From: Candidatus Falkowbacteria bacterium | GTDB taxonomy: Bacteria; Patescibacteriota; Patescibacteriia; UBA11705 | DNA: 64,000 nucleotides | NCBI GenBank assembly: GCA_003518055.1 | Contig: DOZJ01000004.1 | Location: forward strand, 6,073 to 70,072 | Direction: 5' to 3' | Part shown: piece by piece, positions 28,372-38,605 of the stretch | How positions within the stretch are numbered: the stretch's first letter is position 1 | How the letters are laid out: each line of letters opens with the position of its first letter | Made by a program: the position numbers and the translations under genes | The notes under the pieces: generated by a model | Databases searched by the model: none | Seen by the model: only the letters and a program-made list of their open reading frames with translations | What the model was told of the DNA's origin: nothing

Positions 28372-28668
28372 TTATTTTAATGGTAACCTTTTTTGTTCTC
28401 CCAGCAGTTTCAAAGATTCTTTTTGCCCTCGACCGGTTAATTTTACCTGTTCGATAAACCATTTATGCGGCGTTCTGCGACCGTAACCGATCAACAATTC
28501 CTTGTCGATCAAACTTTCCAGCGATCCGGTAATAATTTTCTGCCGCGCTTCTTTTTTTATTTTCACATTCCCCTTGTAAAATTCAACAAAAACTTTCCGC
28601 AGTGTTTTTTGCCCCGCTTTTTCCAAGCATTTCAGCAAAATAAATTTTTGCAAAGAGGAAAGTCTCAT
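28372..28668 (-). CDS. Small basic protein of 98 aa; possibly DNA- or RNA-binding.
   Basis: ORF only; Lys/Arg-rich; placed immediately upstream of 27606..28367. Confidence 0.3.
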   Translation of the reverse strand: MRLSSLQKFILLKCLEKAGQKTLRKVFVEFYKGNVKIKKEARQKIITGSLESLIDKELLIGYGRRTPHKWFIEQVKLTGRGQKESLKLLGEQKRLPLK

Positions 28669-28778
28669 ATTTTTCTTATCCGGCTAAATTTATTTCAGCA
28701 TCTCCCCTCATCAGCTTGTCTTGCTGCCATTCTACCCCAAATTCATTTAGATTCGATTCAGTTTTATTCCCCGTCAAG

Positions 28779-30170
28779 TCAAACCCCTTTAATGTGTAAT
28801 TCATTTAAAACTTCTTTTGATATTTCGCTCGGGGCCCCCATCATCAAATCCTTAGCGTCACCAGTTTTAGGAAACGCAATTACTTCTCGGATATTCTTTT
28901 CATTTAAAAGTATCGCGATGAGACGGTCCAGCCCTAATGCGATTCCACCATGTGGAGGCGGGGCGAAGCTAAAAGCCTCAAGCAAATGCCCAAAACGTAA
29001 ACTAATCTCAGTTTCATTTAATCCTAATATTTGGAACACCTTCTTTTGTAAATCACGTTCAAATATTCTTAGACTTCCGCCACCAACTTCAAACCCATTT
29101 AAGACAAGATCATATGCCTCCGCCCGCACCTTTTCTGGTTTTTCTTCCATCATGTTAATATCATCATTTTTTGGTCGAGTAAATGGATGGTGCACCGAAA
29201 CCATTTTTTTCTCCGTATCGCTATATTCAAATAAAGGGAAATCGATAATCCAACCGAATGCCAATAAATTTGGATCTTGCTCTGTGCGCAAGTCCGGTTT
29301 ATCACTTTTATACAATTTTTGTGCTTCCATATATGTTAAGCGTGGAAATGGTATTTGCTGCATTCTTAAATTCGGGAAAAGCTCTTTCACCAAATCAATC
29401 ATGGCTTTTTCTATCAATTGCAAGATATCTTCTTGATCTATAAAAGACATTTCTAAGTCAAATTGGGTAAATTCCGGTTGACGATCACCACGCTGATCTT
29501 CATCACGAAAACAGCGAACAACCTGGTAATAACGTTCAATTCCAGCAACCATTAGCAACTGCTTAAACTGTTGTGGTGATTGTGGTAAAACATAAAAATT
29601 CCCTTTATGAATCCGAGAAGGGATAACGAATTCGCGCGCACCCTCTGGCGTTCCCTTGGTCAGATAAGGCGTCTCAATTTCCCAGAAACCTTGTTTCGAA
29701 AAATAATTGCGTAAAAACAAATTTATTTCTTGCCTCTTTTTCAAATTGTTTTTTACTCGTTCACTACGAATATCCAAATACCGATATTTCAATCGCATGC
29801 CCTCACTCAATTCAAGAGTATTCTGCTCAACTTCAAAAGGCAAAGCTTCAGACTCTGAAATAATAAAAATATTTAAGACTAAAATTTCAATTCGATCCAG
29901 CTGCACTACAAAACTCTTTTGTTTATCACCCCTTTTTTGTACAATTCCGTTTATTTCAACCAACCAACCCAATCGAACGTTGCTCAAGACATCAATTGAG
30001 TGTTGATCCAAATCATTACCTACGCCGACTACCTGAACTACACCCGAACGATCCCTAATGTCTAAAAAAACAATCTTGCCCATATTACGTCTAGCTGCAA
30101 CCCAACCCTTAATCCAAACCGTCTCCCCTATTTTGCTGACTGCTTCTTCTAAAAAAATGTATTTACTCAT
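28779..30170 (-). CDS. aspS: Aspartyl-tRNA synthetase (compact form of 463 aa).
   Basis: FRDEDQRGDRQPEFTQFDLEMSF (class IIb motif 2, bacterial AspRS type); OB-fold N-terminus; motif 3 GGGSLRI. Confidence 0.8.
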   Translation of the reverse strand: MSKYIFLEEAVSKIGETVWIKGWVAARRNMGKIVFLDIRDRSGVVQVVGVGNDLDQHSIDVLSNVRLGWLVEINGIVQKRGDKQKSFVVQLDRIEILVLNIFIISESEALPFEVEQNTLELSEGMRLKYRYLDIRSERVKNNLKKRQEINLFLRNYFSKQGFWEIETPYLTKGTPEGAREFVIPSRIHKGNFYVLPQSPQQFKQLLMVAGIERYYQVVRCFRDEDQRGDRQPEFTQFDLEMSFIDQEDILQLIEKAMIDLVKELFPNLRMQQIPFPRLTYMEAQKLYKSDKPDLRTEQDPNLLAFGWIIDFPLFEYSDTEKKMVSVHHPFTRPKNDDINMMEEKPEKVRAEAYDLVLNGFEVGGGSLRIFERDLQKKVFQILGLNETEISLRFGHLLEAFSFAPPPHGGIALGLDRLIAILLNEKNIREVIAFPKTGDAKDLMMGAPSEISKEVLNELHIKGV

Positions 30171-30178
30171 AAATGTTT

Positions 30179-31153
30179 TTAGTAATCCTTTATTTGTTTT
30201 ATTATATTCTCAACTATTTTAACATTTTGCATTGCCTCATATGCTTCCGGTTCAAATTTTTTTCCCTTCATAATTGCCCAATAAAAATCGTTTAACTCTT
30301 TATTTTCAGCATCTTCAGCAACATAATCAATCTCTTTACGATTGAGACCACTATGCTTCTGAATAAACAATCCATTAAAAGGATCCACAAACAAACTACC
30401 TTTTGTACCAAAAAAATTTATATAAAATGTTTCCTGTAAAACATAGCTGGAAACTAAATGAACCAAACAACCATTATCCAGCTCAAATATCGAAGAAAAC
30501 GTTTCTGGATTTTCTGTTGTTAAAAACTTCTTTTGACATAAAGTCATAAAACTTTTACCTTCAAACCCGCAAACGAATCTGATCGTATCTATAATATGAA
30601 TTCCCATTTGAATTAGCGGCCCGCCATTACATGAAGTCCGATAATAACGCCAATTATTTTTATCAATCCGATATCCAATTGGTCTTGACCTGTTTCCATC
30701 GATTAGAATCAAATCCCCAAGAACACCAGAATTAACCATCTTTTTAGCTTTTCTAAATATAGAATAACGACGTACATTATGCCCTACAGCCAAAAGAGTT
30801 TTATTCTTTCTGCAAGCCTTCAAAATTTCGGCGCATTCAGATGACGTATTAGCAAGCGGCTTTTCAACAAAAATTTTCTTCCCTGCTTTGGCCGCAGCTA
30901 CAATTTGTTCCTTATGATATTGATTTGGAGAAAAAATAAAAACAACCTTTATCTGACTATTTACCAAAATTTTCTGAAAATCGTCAACCCCCAAACAATT
31001 TAATTTCATTGCCGTAGAATGTGTTTTATTCTTATCTGAATCAAAAACAGTCAAAATATTAAATTTATTTGTTTTTTTTATTTTCTGAATCATTTGTTGC
31101 CCCCACCAACCTAACCCAATAACAGCACAACCTATCTTATTTTTTTCTTTCAT
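30179..31153 (-). CDS. Gfo/Idh/MocA-family NAD(P)-dependent sugar oxidoreductase.
   Basis: Rossmann N-terminus IGCAVIGLGWWGQQMI; family-typical EKPLA motif. Confidence 0.7.
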   Translation of the reverse strand: MKEKNKIGCAVIGLGWWGQQMIQKIKKTNKFNILTVFDSDKNKTHSTAMKLNCLGVDDFQKILVNSQIKVVFIFSPNQYHKEQIVAAAKAGKKIFVEKPLANTSSECAEILKACRKNKTLLAVGHNVRRYSIFRKAKKMVNSGVLGDLILIDGNRSRPIGYRIDKNNWRYYRTSCNGGPLIQMGIHIIDTIRFVCGFEGKSFMTLCQKKFLTTENPETFSSIFELDNGCLVHLVSSYVLQETFYINFFGTKGSLFVDPFNGLFIQKHSGLNRKEIDYVAEDAENKELNDFYWAIMKGKKFEPEAYEAMQNVKIVENIIKQIKDY

Positions 31154-31160
31154 ACTGCAA

Positions 31161-31940
31161 TTATATTCTATTTTCTAAATAATGTTGATATAAATTTACA
31201 GGAAGATTGAATTGCCCATCAGTATATTTAATAAGTTCTTTTTTGATTTTTGAAAAATTTTTTTCCCGTTTAATAACAGCATTTCGGTTAAATTTACAAA
31301 ATAACGCTAAAGATTGCAACTCTTCATTGTTCTTCCACGGAACCCAACTTAAACCCTTTAACAATCTTATTTTATTTTTAGAATCTGGGTATGGCTCAAT
31401 ATTTAACAAATAAACTAAATCTAAAATGGAATCAAAACAATATGATAAAAGCTGTTGTGCTGAAAAATAATCCTTTCGTAATAGAAATTTTGATAAGTGG
31501 GTTGTAGTTTTAAGCCCCCGCCAGTCGTCCGAAAATTCAAGAATAACACTAAGGGCTACAAATTTATTAATTATTTTCCCGACAATCTCTTTTTTCCAAT
31601 ATTCTTTCTTAATTGCTATGATTTGCTTCAAATTTTTCTGTCTATCATAGATAATTCTCTCATCCCAAAAAGCAAAAAACATTTCGCATGACCATTCATC
31701 CAGAAACTGCTTCAAAGTTATAATTCTTACATCAAACAACTTATTATCTTTATAGTACTTACCATGAGGTATGTTTTTAGTTGTTTTTTTTACTATCACG
31801 ACAATATCAATATCAGATAAAACATCAAAATCACAACGACCATAACTTCCAGTCAAAATAGCACCCAGGCAATTTGTATTACCTCTCAAATCAACGACAT
31901 AATCATTAAGATAAAAAGGTGACTTAAACATAATTTTCAA
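31161..31940 (-). CDS. Pol-beta-superfamily nucleotidyltransferase (ANT/LinB-like minimal NTase).
   Basis: GSYGRCDFDVLSDIDIVVIV, i.e. the GS-x9-13-[DE]h[DE]h motif. Confidence 0.55.
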   Translation of the reverse strand: MKIMFKSPFYLNDYVVDLRGNTNCLGAILTGSYGRCDFDVLSDIDIVVIVKKTTKNIPHGKYYKDNKLFDVRIITLKQFLDEWSCEMFFAFWDERIIYDRQKNLKQIIAIKKEYWKKEIVGKIINKFVALSVILEFSDDWRGLKTTTHLSKFLLRKDYFSAQQLLSYCFDSILDLVYLLNIEPYPDSKNKIRLLKGLSWVPWKNNEELQSLALFCKFNRNAVIKREKNFSKIKKELIKYTDGQFNLPVNLYQHYLENRI

Positions 31941-32937
31941 TACATTTTTGACTAATATCTGAAATTTTCCGACAGTTAGAAAATAACATAGCTTTTACTA
32001 GTTCATTTTGCATTTTCCTCAACAAAGAAATAAGGCCTGGTCTACCACCACCAACAACTGCATATACGGCCTCCCGGCCTATTAACACCCCATCCGCACC
32101 CAAGGCCAAACAAATGAAAGTTTCAAAACCATTTGAAATACCACCATCAACAAGAATTGTCATTTTCCCTTTGAACGTTTTAGCTATTTGCGATAAAACT
32201 GACAATGGAGCCGCTGCATAATCAAAAGACCGCCCTCCATGGTTTGAGACAACAACGCCATCGTAACCACAATCATGAGCGATTTGAGCATCATTTAAGC
32301 TCAAAATTCCTTTTAAAAACATAGGCCCATGATATAACAATCGTATTTCTTTTAACTCCTTTGCGTTTTTTCTAAAAACTTTTTTTTCATTTGATAGAAA
32401 CACACCACCAATACCATCCAAATCAATACCAATTACTTTAACATGAACTTTTTTCAATAACATTATACGTTTTTTTATTTCATCAAAACTTCTGGGTTTA
32501 CAAACAGCAATCCCATCGTTTTGGCTCAACAACTCTGGAACATCATAATTCTGTGTTGTATCAAAGCTATCTCCACACATTCCAATCATCCCACATTTAG
32601 AACAACTAGTAAGGATCATCTTTAAAAACACTTTTTCACTAATGAAACCATTAAGATTAGATTTAATTCCACTCATGGGAGCAACCATAATTGGCGCTGA
32701 CAAATCAAAACCAAATAAAAAACTTGTTGTGTCGGGGGTAAAATTATCCCCAATAATCTGTGATTTAATCTGGTAATTCTCAAACATTTTTTTATTACGC
32801 GTATACGAAACGCCACTGCCAGCCCATCCTAAACCTGGTAAACTCATCATGCCAGAACAATAATCATTACCTGCCCTCCCACTCAATCTTTCCATTTTTT
32901 TTCTACCATTTTTTATAATCTTATCAAAATTAACCAT
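31924..32937 (-). CDS. FMN-dependent alpha-hydroxy-acid dehydrogenase/oxidase family (TIM barrel).
   Basis: VVSNHGGRSFD active-site motif; ILVDGGISNG. Confidence 0.55.
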   Translation of the reverse strand: MVNFDKIIKNGRKKMERLSGRAGNDYCSGMMSLPGLGWAGSGVSYTRNKKMFENYQIKSQIIGDNFTPDTTSFLFGFDLSAPIMVAPMSGIKSNLNGFISEKVFLKMILTSCSKCGMIGMCGDSFDTTQNYDVPELLSQNDGIAVCKPRSFDEIKKRIMLLKKVHVKVIGIDLDGIGGVFLSNEKKVFRKNAKELKEIRLLYHGPMFLKGILSLNDAQIAHDCGYDGVVVSNHGGRSFDYAAAPLSVLSQIAKTFKGKMTILVDGGISNGFETFICLALGADGVLIGREAVYAVVGGGRPGLISLLRKMQNELVKAMLFSNCRKISDISQKCIENYV

Positions 32938-34084
32938 ATAATTTGATCGCTTTCTCTAATATTGTTATTGCAAAATCAATATCTGTCTTAGTAATAATAA
33001 ATGGTGGTAACATCCGTATAACATTTTTATTAACAACATCCAATAAAAGTCCGTTATCAAAACAAAATTCAACAATCTCATTGGCGTTTAATCCGACTTC
33101 TATGCCCAGCATTAAACCCATACCCCGTATTTCGATTATAGTTTTGTATTTAATTTGTAGGGACTTCAAACGTCGAAACAAATAATCTGCTTTTTCATTT
33201 ATACTCCTAATATTCTTTTTTTTATCAAGGTAATCTAGAATATAACATCCTGCAGCGCAAGCCACAGAATTCCCCCCCATGGTACAACCATGATCTCCAG
33301 GTTTTATCACGTCGGCGATGGATTTCCGCATCAAAGTGGCCGCCAACGGGAACCCGCCCCCAAGAGATTTTGCAAGAGTAAGGATATCTGGTTTTAATTG
33401 AATTTTCTTTGATAATAACACCGACCCGCAACGACCCAACCCAGTCTGAACCTCATCAACAAATATTAGACATCCAGTTTTTTTACATTTTTGTTGTATC
33501 AAACGAACCAATTTTCTGTCCATAAGACGAATTCCACCGTGCCCTTGTAATAATTCCACATGAACAGCCAATGTCTTGCTGGAAAAAACATCTAAAAAAG
33601 CTGCACAATCATTTAATGGGATTCTTTTGATTTTAATCTTTTCAACTCTTTTCAGATTTGTCAAAGAACGTGAACCGTATGTTCTACCGACAAACGAACC
33701 ATTAAAAGAAATTAATTCATCTTGATTTTTTAATACAGTTTCGTGATATTTTTTAATGAAAACCAACGCCGCTTCATTTGCTTCTGTCCCACTATTAGAA
33801 AAAAACACACGATCCAATGAACTCATTTTTACAAGTTTTTTTGCTAAATTTATTTGCGACTCTGTAAAATAATAATTTGAAGCATGGACAACCTTATCAA
33901 TCTGACTTTTCATTACCATCTTTAATTCTTCATTAGAAAACCCCAGATTATTAATTGAAATTCCACTAATAAAATCTAGGTATCTCCGCCCACGATCGCC
34001 AAAGAGACTAACAACACTACCTGATTCAACAATCAAGGGTTTCTTATTATAGTTATTAACAAATAATTTTTGTTCAATCCCCAT
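32930..34084 (-). CDS. Class-III PLP-dependent aminotransferase.
   Basis: FFSNSGTEANEAAL; FVDEVQTGLGRCG; PLP lysine in TLAKSLGGG. Confidence 0.8.
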   Translation of the reverse strand: MGIEQKLFVNNYNKKPLIVESGSVVSLFGDRGRRYLDFISGISINNLGFSNEELKMVMKSQIDKVVHASNYYFTESQINLAKKLVKMSSLDRVFFSNSGTEANEAALVFIKKYHETVLKNQDELISFNGSFVGRTYGSRSLTNLKRVEKIKIKRIPLNDCAAFLDVFSSKTLAVHVELLQGHGGIRLMDRKLVRLIQQKCKKTGCLIFVDEVQTGLGRCGSVLLSKKIQLKPDILTLAKSLGGGFPLAATLMRKSIADVIKPGDHGCTMGGNSVACAAGCYILDYLDKKKNIRSINEKADYLFRRLKSLQIKYKTIIEIRGMGLMLGIEVGLNANEIVEFCFDNGLLLDVVNKNVIRMLPPFIITKTDIDFAITILEKAIKLYG

Positions 34085-34088
34085 AATC

Positions 34089-35237
34089 TTAGTATGTCAT
34101 CCTTTTTTCAAATTCTAATTCTACTTTTTCTAAAATAGACGCAATTTTCTTCCCAGCGCTACCATCCCCATAATATTCATTCCGTTTGTATTTTCCATGT
34201 ATCAATTGTTTCCGTATAGCGTTTATAATTTTATTTTTATCCATTGAGCAATCGATAACATTTTGACATCTTAATCTCCCTATTTGACGATTACCCACAT
34301 TAACAGACGGTACACCCAGGAATGATGATTCTCTTATTCCCACGCTCGAATTGCCTACAATACATTTTGAATTTTTTATTAACAACAAATAATCATCGGC
34401 ATTAAAATGCTTAAAAAAATGAATTTTACCGACCTTATCCATAGATTTAAAATTCAAAATTTCTTTTCGCAAAATATCTCCACCCGCATCAATATTTGGA
34501 TACATCCAAATAGTCTGCAATCCTATTATCTTTATTGCTTCTAACAAAACACGAAAATTACGAACATTCTCAATAATGTTTTTTTCAGTCGTTACGGGAT
34601 GAAAAGAAACTAGCAAATAATTATCCCCTAAAATAAACCTTTTTTCATAATCTCCCGAATCTTTTGATATAAAGATTTCTTTAGGATCATTTTTAGGTAA
34701 CCTACGACAAATATCTATTGTTGGACAACCAGTTACGAACACATTTTTTTTATCTTCTCCCATTTTAATTACACGCTTAGCACAATCTTTATTTGAAACA
34801 AAATGCAAATTAGCGAACTTAGTAATAGCATGACGAACACTATCGTCAATCGATCCTGTTATTTCACCACCTTGAATATGAGCCAAAGATATGTTCATAT
34901 AACGTGCCGCAATGGCCGCCGCCAAGGCTTCATAACGATCAGCAATCACGACAACCACATCTGGCCTATCGTGTACCAATTCAACAGCCAAATCAATCAC
35001 AGCTAAACCGGTAGATTTAGTCATCGTCAAAAGGTTGCTCCCTGAAATATTAGTATACAACACAGAAACATTGTTTGTGATTTTATTTATTTCATCTAAA
35101 ACTCCTCCATGATCTTGAATAGCCGCTGCTTCGAACACGATAATACGATAGCTATTATCTGGCAAATATTTAATAATCGGCCGCACCCTAGCAAAGTGGG
35201 CTCTGTTCCCAACAACAAAAGCGATTTTTCTTAGCAT
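34089..35237 (-). CDS. UDP-N-acetylglucosamine 2-epimerase family, NeuC/LegG-like (probably the hydrolysing type).
   Basis: ADRYEALAAAIAARYMNISLAHIQGGEITGSIDDSVRHAITKFANLHF; SFHPVTTE. Confidence 0.65.
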   Translation of the reverse strand: MLRKIAFVVGNRAHFARVRPIIKYLPDNSYRIIVFEAAAIQDHGGVLDEINKITNNVSVLYTNISGSNLLTMTKSTGLAVIDLAVELVHDRPDVVVVIADRYEALAAAIAARYMNISLAHIQGGEITGSIDDSVRHAITKFANLHFVSNKDCAKRVIKMGEDKKNVFVTGCPTIDICRRLPKNDPKEIFISKDSGDYEKRFILGDNYLLVSFHPVTTEKNIIENVRNFRVLLEAIKIIGLQTIWMYPNIDAGGDILRKEILNFKSMDKVGKIHFFKHFNADDYLLLIKNSKCIVGNSSVGIRESSFLGVPSVNVGNRQIGRLRCQNVIDCSMDKNKIINAIRKQLIHGKYKRNEYYGDGSAGKKIASILEKVELEFEKRMTY

Positions 35238-35292
35238 AAAATAAATAATATTATACTCCTATAATCATTCATAAATAAAATCACAAAAATGA

Positions 35293-36588
35293 TTACGGCG
35301 TTATCCGATTTATCATCCTCGGAAATGGAATAGTCTCCCTCACATGATGAATACCGCACATCCAGCGGGTCAATCTTTCAATCCCCATACCAAAACCGCA
35401 ATGAGGCACTGATCCGTATTTGCGCAAATCCAAATACCACTCAAAATCCGCCATTGGCAATTTCGCTTCTTCCATTCGTTGTTTTAATACCTGATAATCA
35501 TCTTCTCTCTGCGACCCGCCGATAATTTCCCCAAACCCTCTCGCCGCCAGCATGTCCGCGTTCAAAACCAAATCAGGATTGGCCGGATGCCGTTTCATGT
35601 AAAATGGTTTTATTTCTTTCGGCCAATTTTTCACTATAACAGGAACTGCCGAATCATTGGTCAATAATTCTTCATCATCAGCGCCAAGATCATCGCCATA
35701 TTTAATATCTGAACCGCGTTTTTGCAGTTCTTCAATCGCCGCCCCGTATTCATAATGAATAAACGGCTGATCAACAATCGCTTGAAGTTCTGTGGTGTCG
35801 CGTTCCAACATCTTCAATTCTTCCTGACCGTGCTCTAAAACATATTTTGCCAAATACTTAACTGCCGCTTCTTGAATTTTCAAACTGTCTTCATGCTCGC
35901 AAAAAGCGATTTCCGGATTCAATGACCAAAACTCCGTTAAATGTTTTCGGGTCTTTGATTTTTCCGCTCGAAAATTTGGACATAAATCATAAACTTTACC
36001 AAAAGACATTGCTAAGGCTTCCAAATATAGCTGCCCATTCTGAGTTAAGTAAGCTTTCCGATCAAAATACTCCACTTCAAACAAATCCGAGGTACCTTCA
36101 CAGCTTGTCGGCGTAAATGTCGGCGTATCCAACTCTTTATATCCATTATTATTAAAAAATTCCTGCAATCCCATTTTTACCAGATGACGAATTCGCAGCA
36201 CCGCCCACTGACTTTGCGCCCGGAGCCACAAATGTCTATTGTTCAACAAAAAATCCGGTCCATGCTCTTTCTTGCCGATCGGATATTCCTCCGCTATCTG
36301 AACAATCTTCAAATCAGTCACCTGCAATTCAAAAACATCATCTTGCTTCGGATGCTTTGTCACTTTACCCTGAATTTCCACCGATGATTCCAGCGTCAAC
36401 TTTTCCACCTGAACCCAAATTTCCGACGATAACTGATCTTTCACCGCTACCGCCTGAGCAAAACCGCTGCCGTCGCGGACTTGCAAAAAGGCAATTGCTC
36501 CTGAAGACCGCAAATTATAAACCCAGCCCTTGATTAAAACTGTTTGATCTTGGTTGTCTCTAAAATCTTTGATGTAGCTCTGCTGCAT
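35293..36588 (-). CDS. asnS: Asparaginyl-tRNA synthetase.
   Basis: FRAEKSKTRKHLTEFWSLNPEIAF (AsnRS motif 2); motif 3 GFGMGIERL. Confidence 0.8.
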   Translation of the reverse strand: MQQSYIKDFRDNQDQTVLIKGWVYNLRSSGAIAFLQVRDGSGFAQAVAVKDQLSSEIWVQVEKLTLESSVEIQGKVTKHPKQDDVFELQVTDLKIVQIAEEYPIGKKEHGPDFLLNNRHLWLRAQSQWAVLRIRHLVKMGLQEFFNNNGYKELDTPTFTPTSCEGTSDLFEVEYFDRKAYLTQNGQLYLEALAMSFGKVYDLCPNFRAEKSKTRKHLTEFWSLNPEIAFCEHEDSLKIQEAAVKYLAKYVLEHGQEELKMLERDTTELQAIVDQPFIHYEYGAAIEELQKRGSDIKYGDDLGADDEELLTNDSAVPVIVKNWPKEIKPFYMKRHPANPDLVLNADMLAARGFGEIIGGSQREDDYQVLKQRMEEAKLPMADFEWYLDLRKYGSVPHCGFGMGIERLTRWMCGIHHVRETIPFPRMINRITP

Positions 36589-36708
36589 AAATTTAAGTTA
36601 ATTTACGGCTAAATTATACCCAATCTTTTCAAAAAAGTAAAATCCGTTCCCAAGACTTTGCTATCCATAAGGACTTGCTTATCCCCAACCTGACAAATCA
36701 ATATTAAT

Positions 36709-37173
36709 TTGTTAAAATGTCTATATATGGAAAATACCCACCCCACAATTCAAGACGTCCTTCAAGCAGTCAATGCGACAACCGAATCAACAAACAAACA
36801 ATTCGCCCAAATTCAAGAACAATTTAATGATGTCTTGCAATCGGTAAACACAGCTTCTGAATTGACCCAGAAACAATTTGATCATGTTCAAGAACAATTT
36901 GATCACGTTCAAGGACAATTTGATCAGATGCAAGGCCAAATCACCGAAATAAATGAAACCATGGCCACGAAGGCTGACTTGGCCGATCTTGTTACCAAAG
37001 ACTACCTTGACAACAAACTCGCTGACCTGCGTGGCGATTTAGTTGTTTTAACGCGTAAAGAAGACACCAAACTAAAAAAACTGGTGGATATTTTGACCAC
37101 AAAAAATCTTCTTTCCCCGGAAGAAAAAGAAGTCATTTTTGCCTTGGAGCCATTTCCGAAAACTCGCTTATAA
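36709..37173 (+). CDS. Hypothetical coiled-coil protein with QF-x-x-VQEQFD heptad-like repeats.
   Basis: Repeats QFAQIQEQFNDV / QFDHVQEQFDHVQGQFDQMQGQ. Confidence 0.4.
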   Translation: MLKCLYMENTHPTIQDVLQAVNATTESTNKQFAQIQEQFNDVLQSVNTASELTQKQFDHVQEQFDHVQGQFDQMQGQITEINETMATKADLADLVTKDYLDNKLADLRGDLVVLTRKEDTKLKKLVDILTTKNLLSPEEKEVIFALEPFPKTRL

Positions 37174-37194
37174 ATTAACCCCAGATTATATTCC

Positions 37195-37220
37195 AACATC
37201 CGCTACTGGATGTTTTTTAT
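37195..37220 (+). terminator. Rho-independent terminator.
   Basis: Stem aacatcc/ggatgtt with loop gctact, then a T6 run. Confidence 0.65.
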
Positions 37221-37269
37221 TTTTAATTAATTTTTCATCCAACGCCCATTCGCATCATGGACACCCTAA

Positions 37270-37319
37270 AAGCTAACAGCTCTAAGCTAACAGCTCTAAG
37301 CTAACAGCTCTAAGCTAAC
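37270..37319. repeat. A 14-bp tandem repeat (aagctaacagctct) in 3.5 copies.
   Basis: Exact copies at 37270, 37284 and 37298, with a partial copy at 37312. Confidence 0.9.
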
Positions 37320-37321
37320 TC

Positions 37322-38434
37322 CTACTTCACCCCTACATATCCGCCCCTAACGCCCTTTGGCGCTAAAACTATCTGCCACAATTGATTTTTGCGGCAGCGA
37401 AATGATCCGGCGCAGCTCAAAAGGTAAAATTCCCACATGCGGAAAAAATATGGCGGATAATTATCCTTGATTTCATTCCAATGACTTTTAAAATTTTCAT
37501 ACCAAGCCATCAGCGTTTTATCATAATCAACGCCGAAATTATGCCAATCTTCCATTACAAACAACCCCTCAAACGCTTTGGCTAATTGCTTGGCGCTCGG
37601 CAGCATGGAATTCGGGAAAATATACTTTTCAATCCATGAGTTGGTGCCGGTGACCGATTTATTGCCTCCGATGGTGTGAAGCAAAAACAAACCTGAATCC
37701 TTCAAACATCGCCTCACCATCTTCATATATATTCGATAATTTTTGTAGCCGACATGCTCAATCATCCCAAGCGATACAATATGATCAAACTTTTCATTCA
37801 CTTCTCGATAATCTTGCAGTCGAATTTCTATCGGTAATCCCTCGCATTTTTTCTCAGCTAATTCTTTTTGTTCCTTCGAAACCGTAATCCCGACAACCCG
37901 CGCTCCATATTTCTCCGCCGCGAATTTGGCAAAACTACCCCAGCCACAGCCAATATCCAACACCCGATCACCGGCTTTCAACCCGAGTTTTCGGCACACC
38001 AAATCAAGTTTGGCTTCTTGCGCTTCAGCCAGATTATTCGCCTTTGACCAATAACCGCAAGTATAAACCATTCTTCGATCAAGCATCCGCTTGTACAGAT
38101 CATTGCCAATATCATAATGCCTCTCTCCAATTTCAAACGCCTTTTTCTTCGATTGCGCATTTAAAACCCGAGACTTAACGATTGGCCACGCCAAGCTCAT
38201 CGGACTGATTTTTTTATCCAACTCCGCTGCGAGTAAACGAGAAATCAATTCATCTACTTTATCCGCGGACCACCAACCATCCATATACGATTCCCCAAAA
38301 CCGAGCGATCCCTGAGCCAAAATTCTGGTATAAGTTCTATTATCCTTGATTTGAATATCCCACGGCCGATCTCCATTAATTTTTACGTCCGCGAAATTCA
38401 ACCACCCTTGAATTTTTTGATGTAAATCACGCAT
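37322..38434 (-). CDS. cfa: Cyclopropane-fatty-acyl-phospholipid synthase family SAM methyltransferase.
   Basis: VLDIGCGWGSFAKFAAEKYGARVVGITVS; HYDIGNDLYKRMLD...YTCGYW. Confidence 0.8.
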   Translation of the reverse strand: MRDLHQKIQGWLNFADVKINGDRPWDIQIKDNRTYTRILAQGSLGFGESYMDGWWSADKVDELISRLLAAELDKKISPMSLAWPIVKSRVLNAQSKKKAFEIGERHYDIGNDLYKRMLDRRMVYTCGYWSKANNLAEAQEAKLDLVCRKLGLKAGDRVLDIGCGWGSFAKFAAEKYGARVVGITVSKEQKELAEKKCEGLPIEIRLQDYREVNEKFDHIVSLGMIEHVGYKNYRIYMKMVRRCLKDSGLFLLHTIGGNKSVTGTNSWIEKYIFPNSMLPSAKQLAKAFEGLFVMEDWHNFGVDYDKTLMAWYENFKSHWNEIKDNYPPYFFRMWEFYLLSCAGSFRCRKNQLWQIVLAPKGVRGGYVGVK

Positions 38435-38605
38435 AAATCAATTAATTTATTCTTGTTTAATTATATCACGCCTAATTTTCTTGACAAAAAGCCCCCTACT
38501 GAAAATAACAATAATCAATTTTAATATAAATCTAATTTGACAAAAACACCATTTAATCATAATGTTCATCAAGGATCATTCACCCACTAAACCGGGAGTT
38601 GACTC

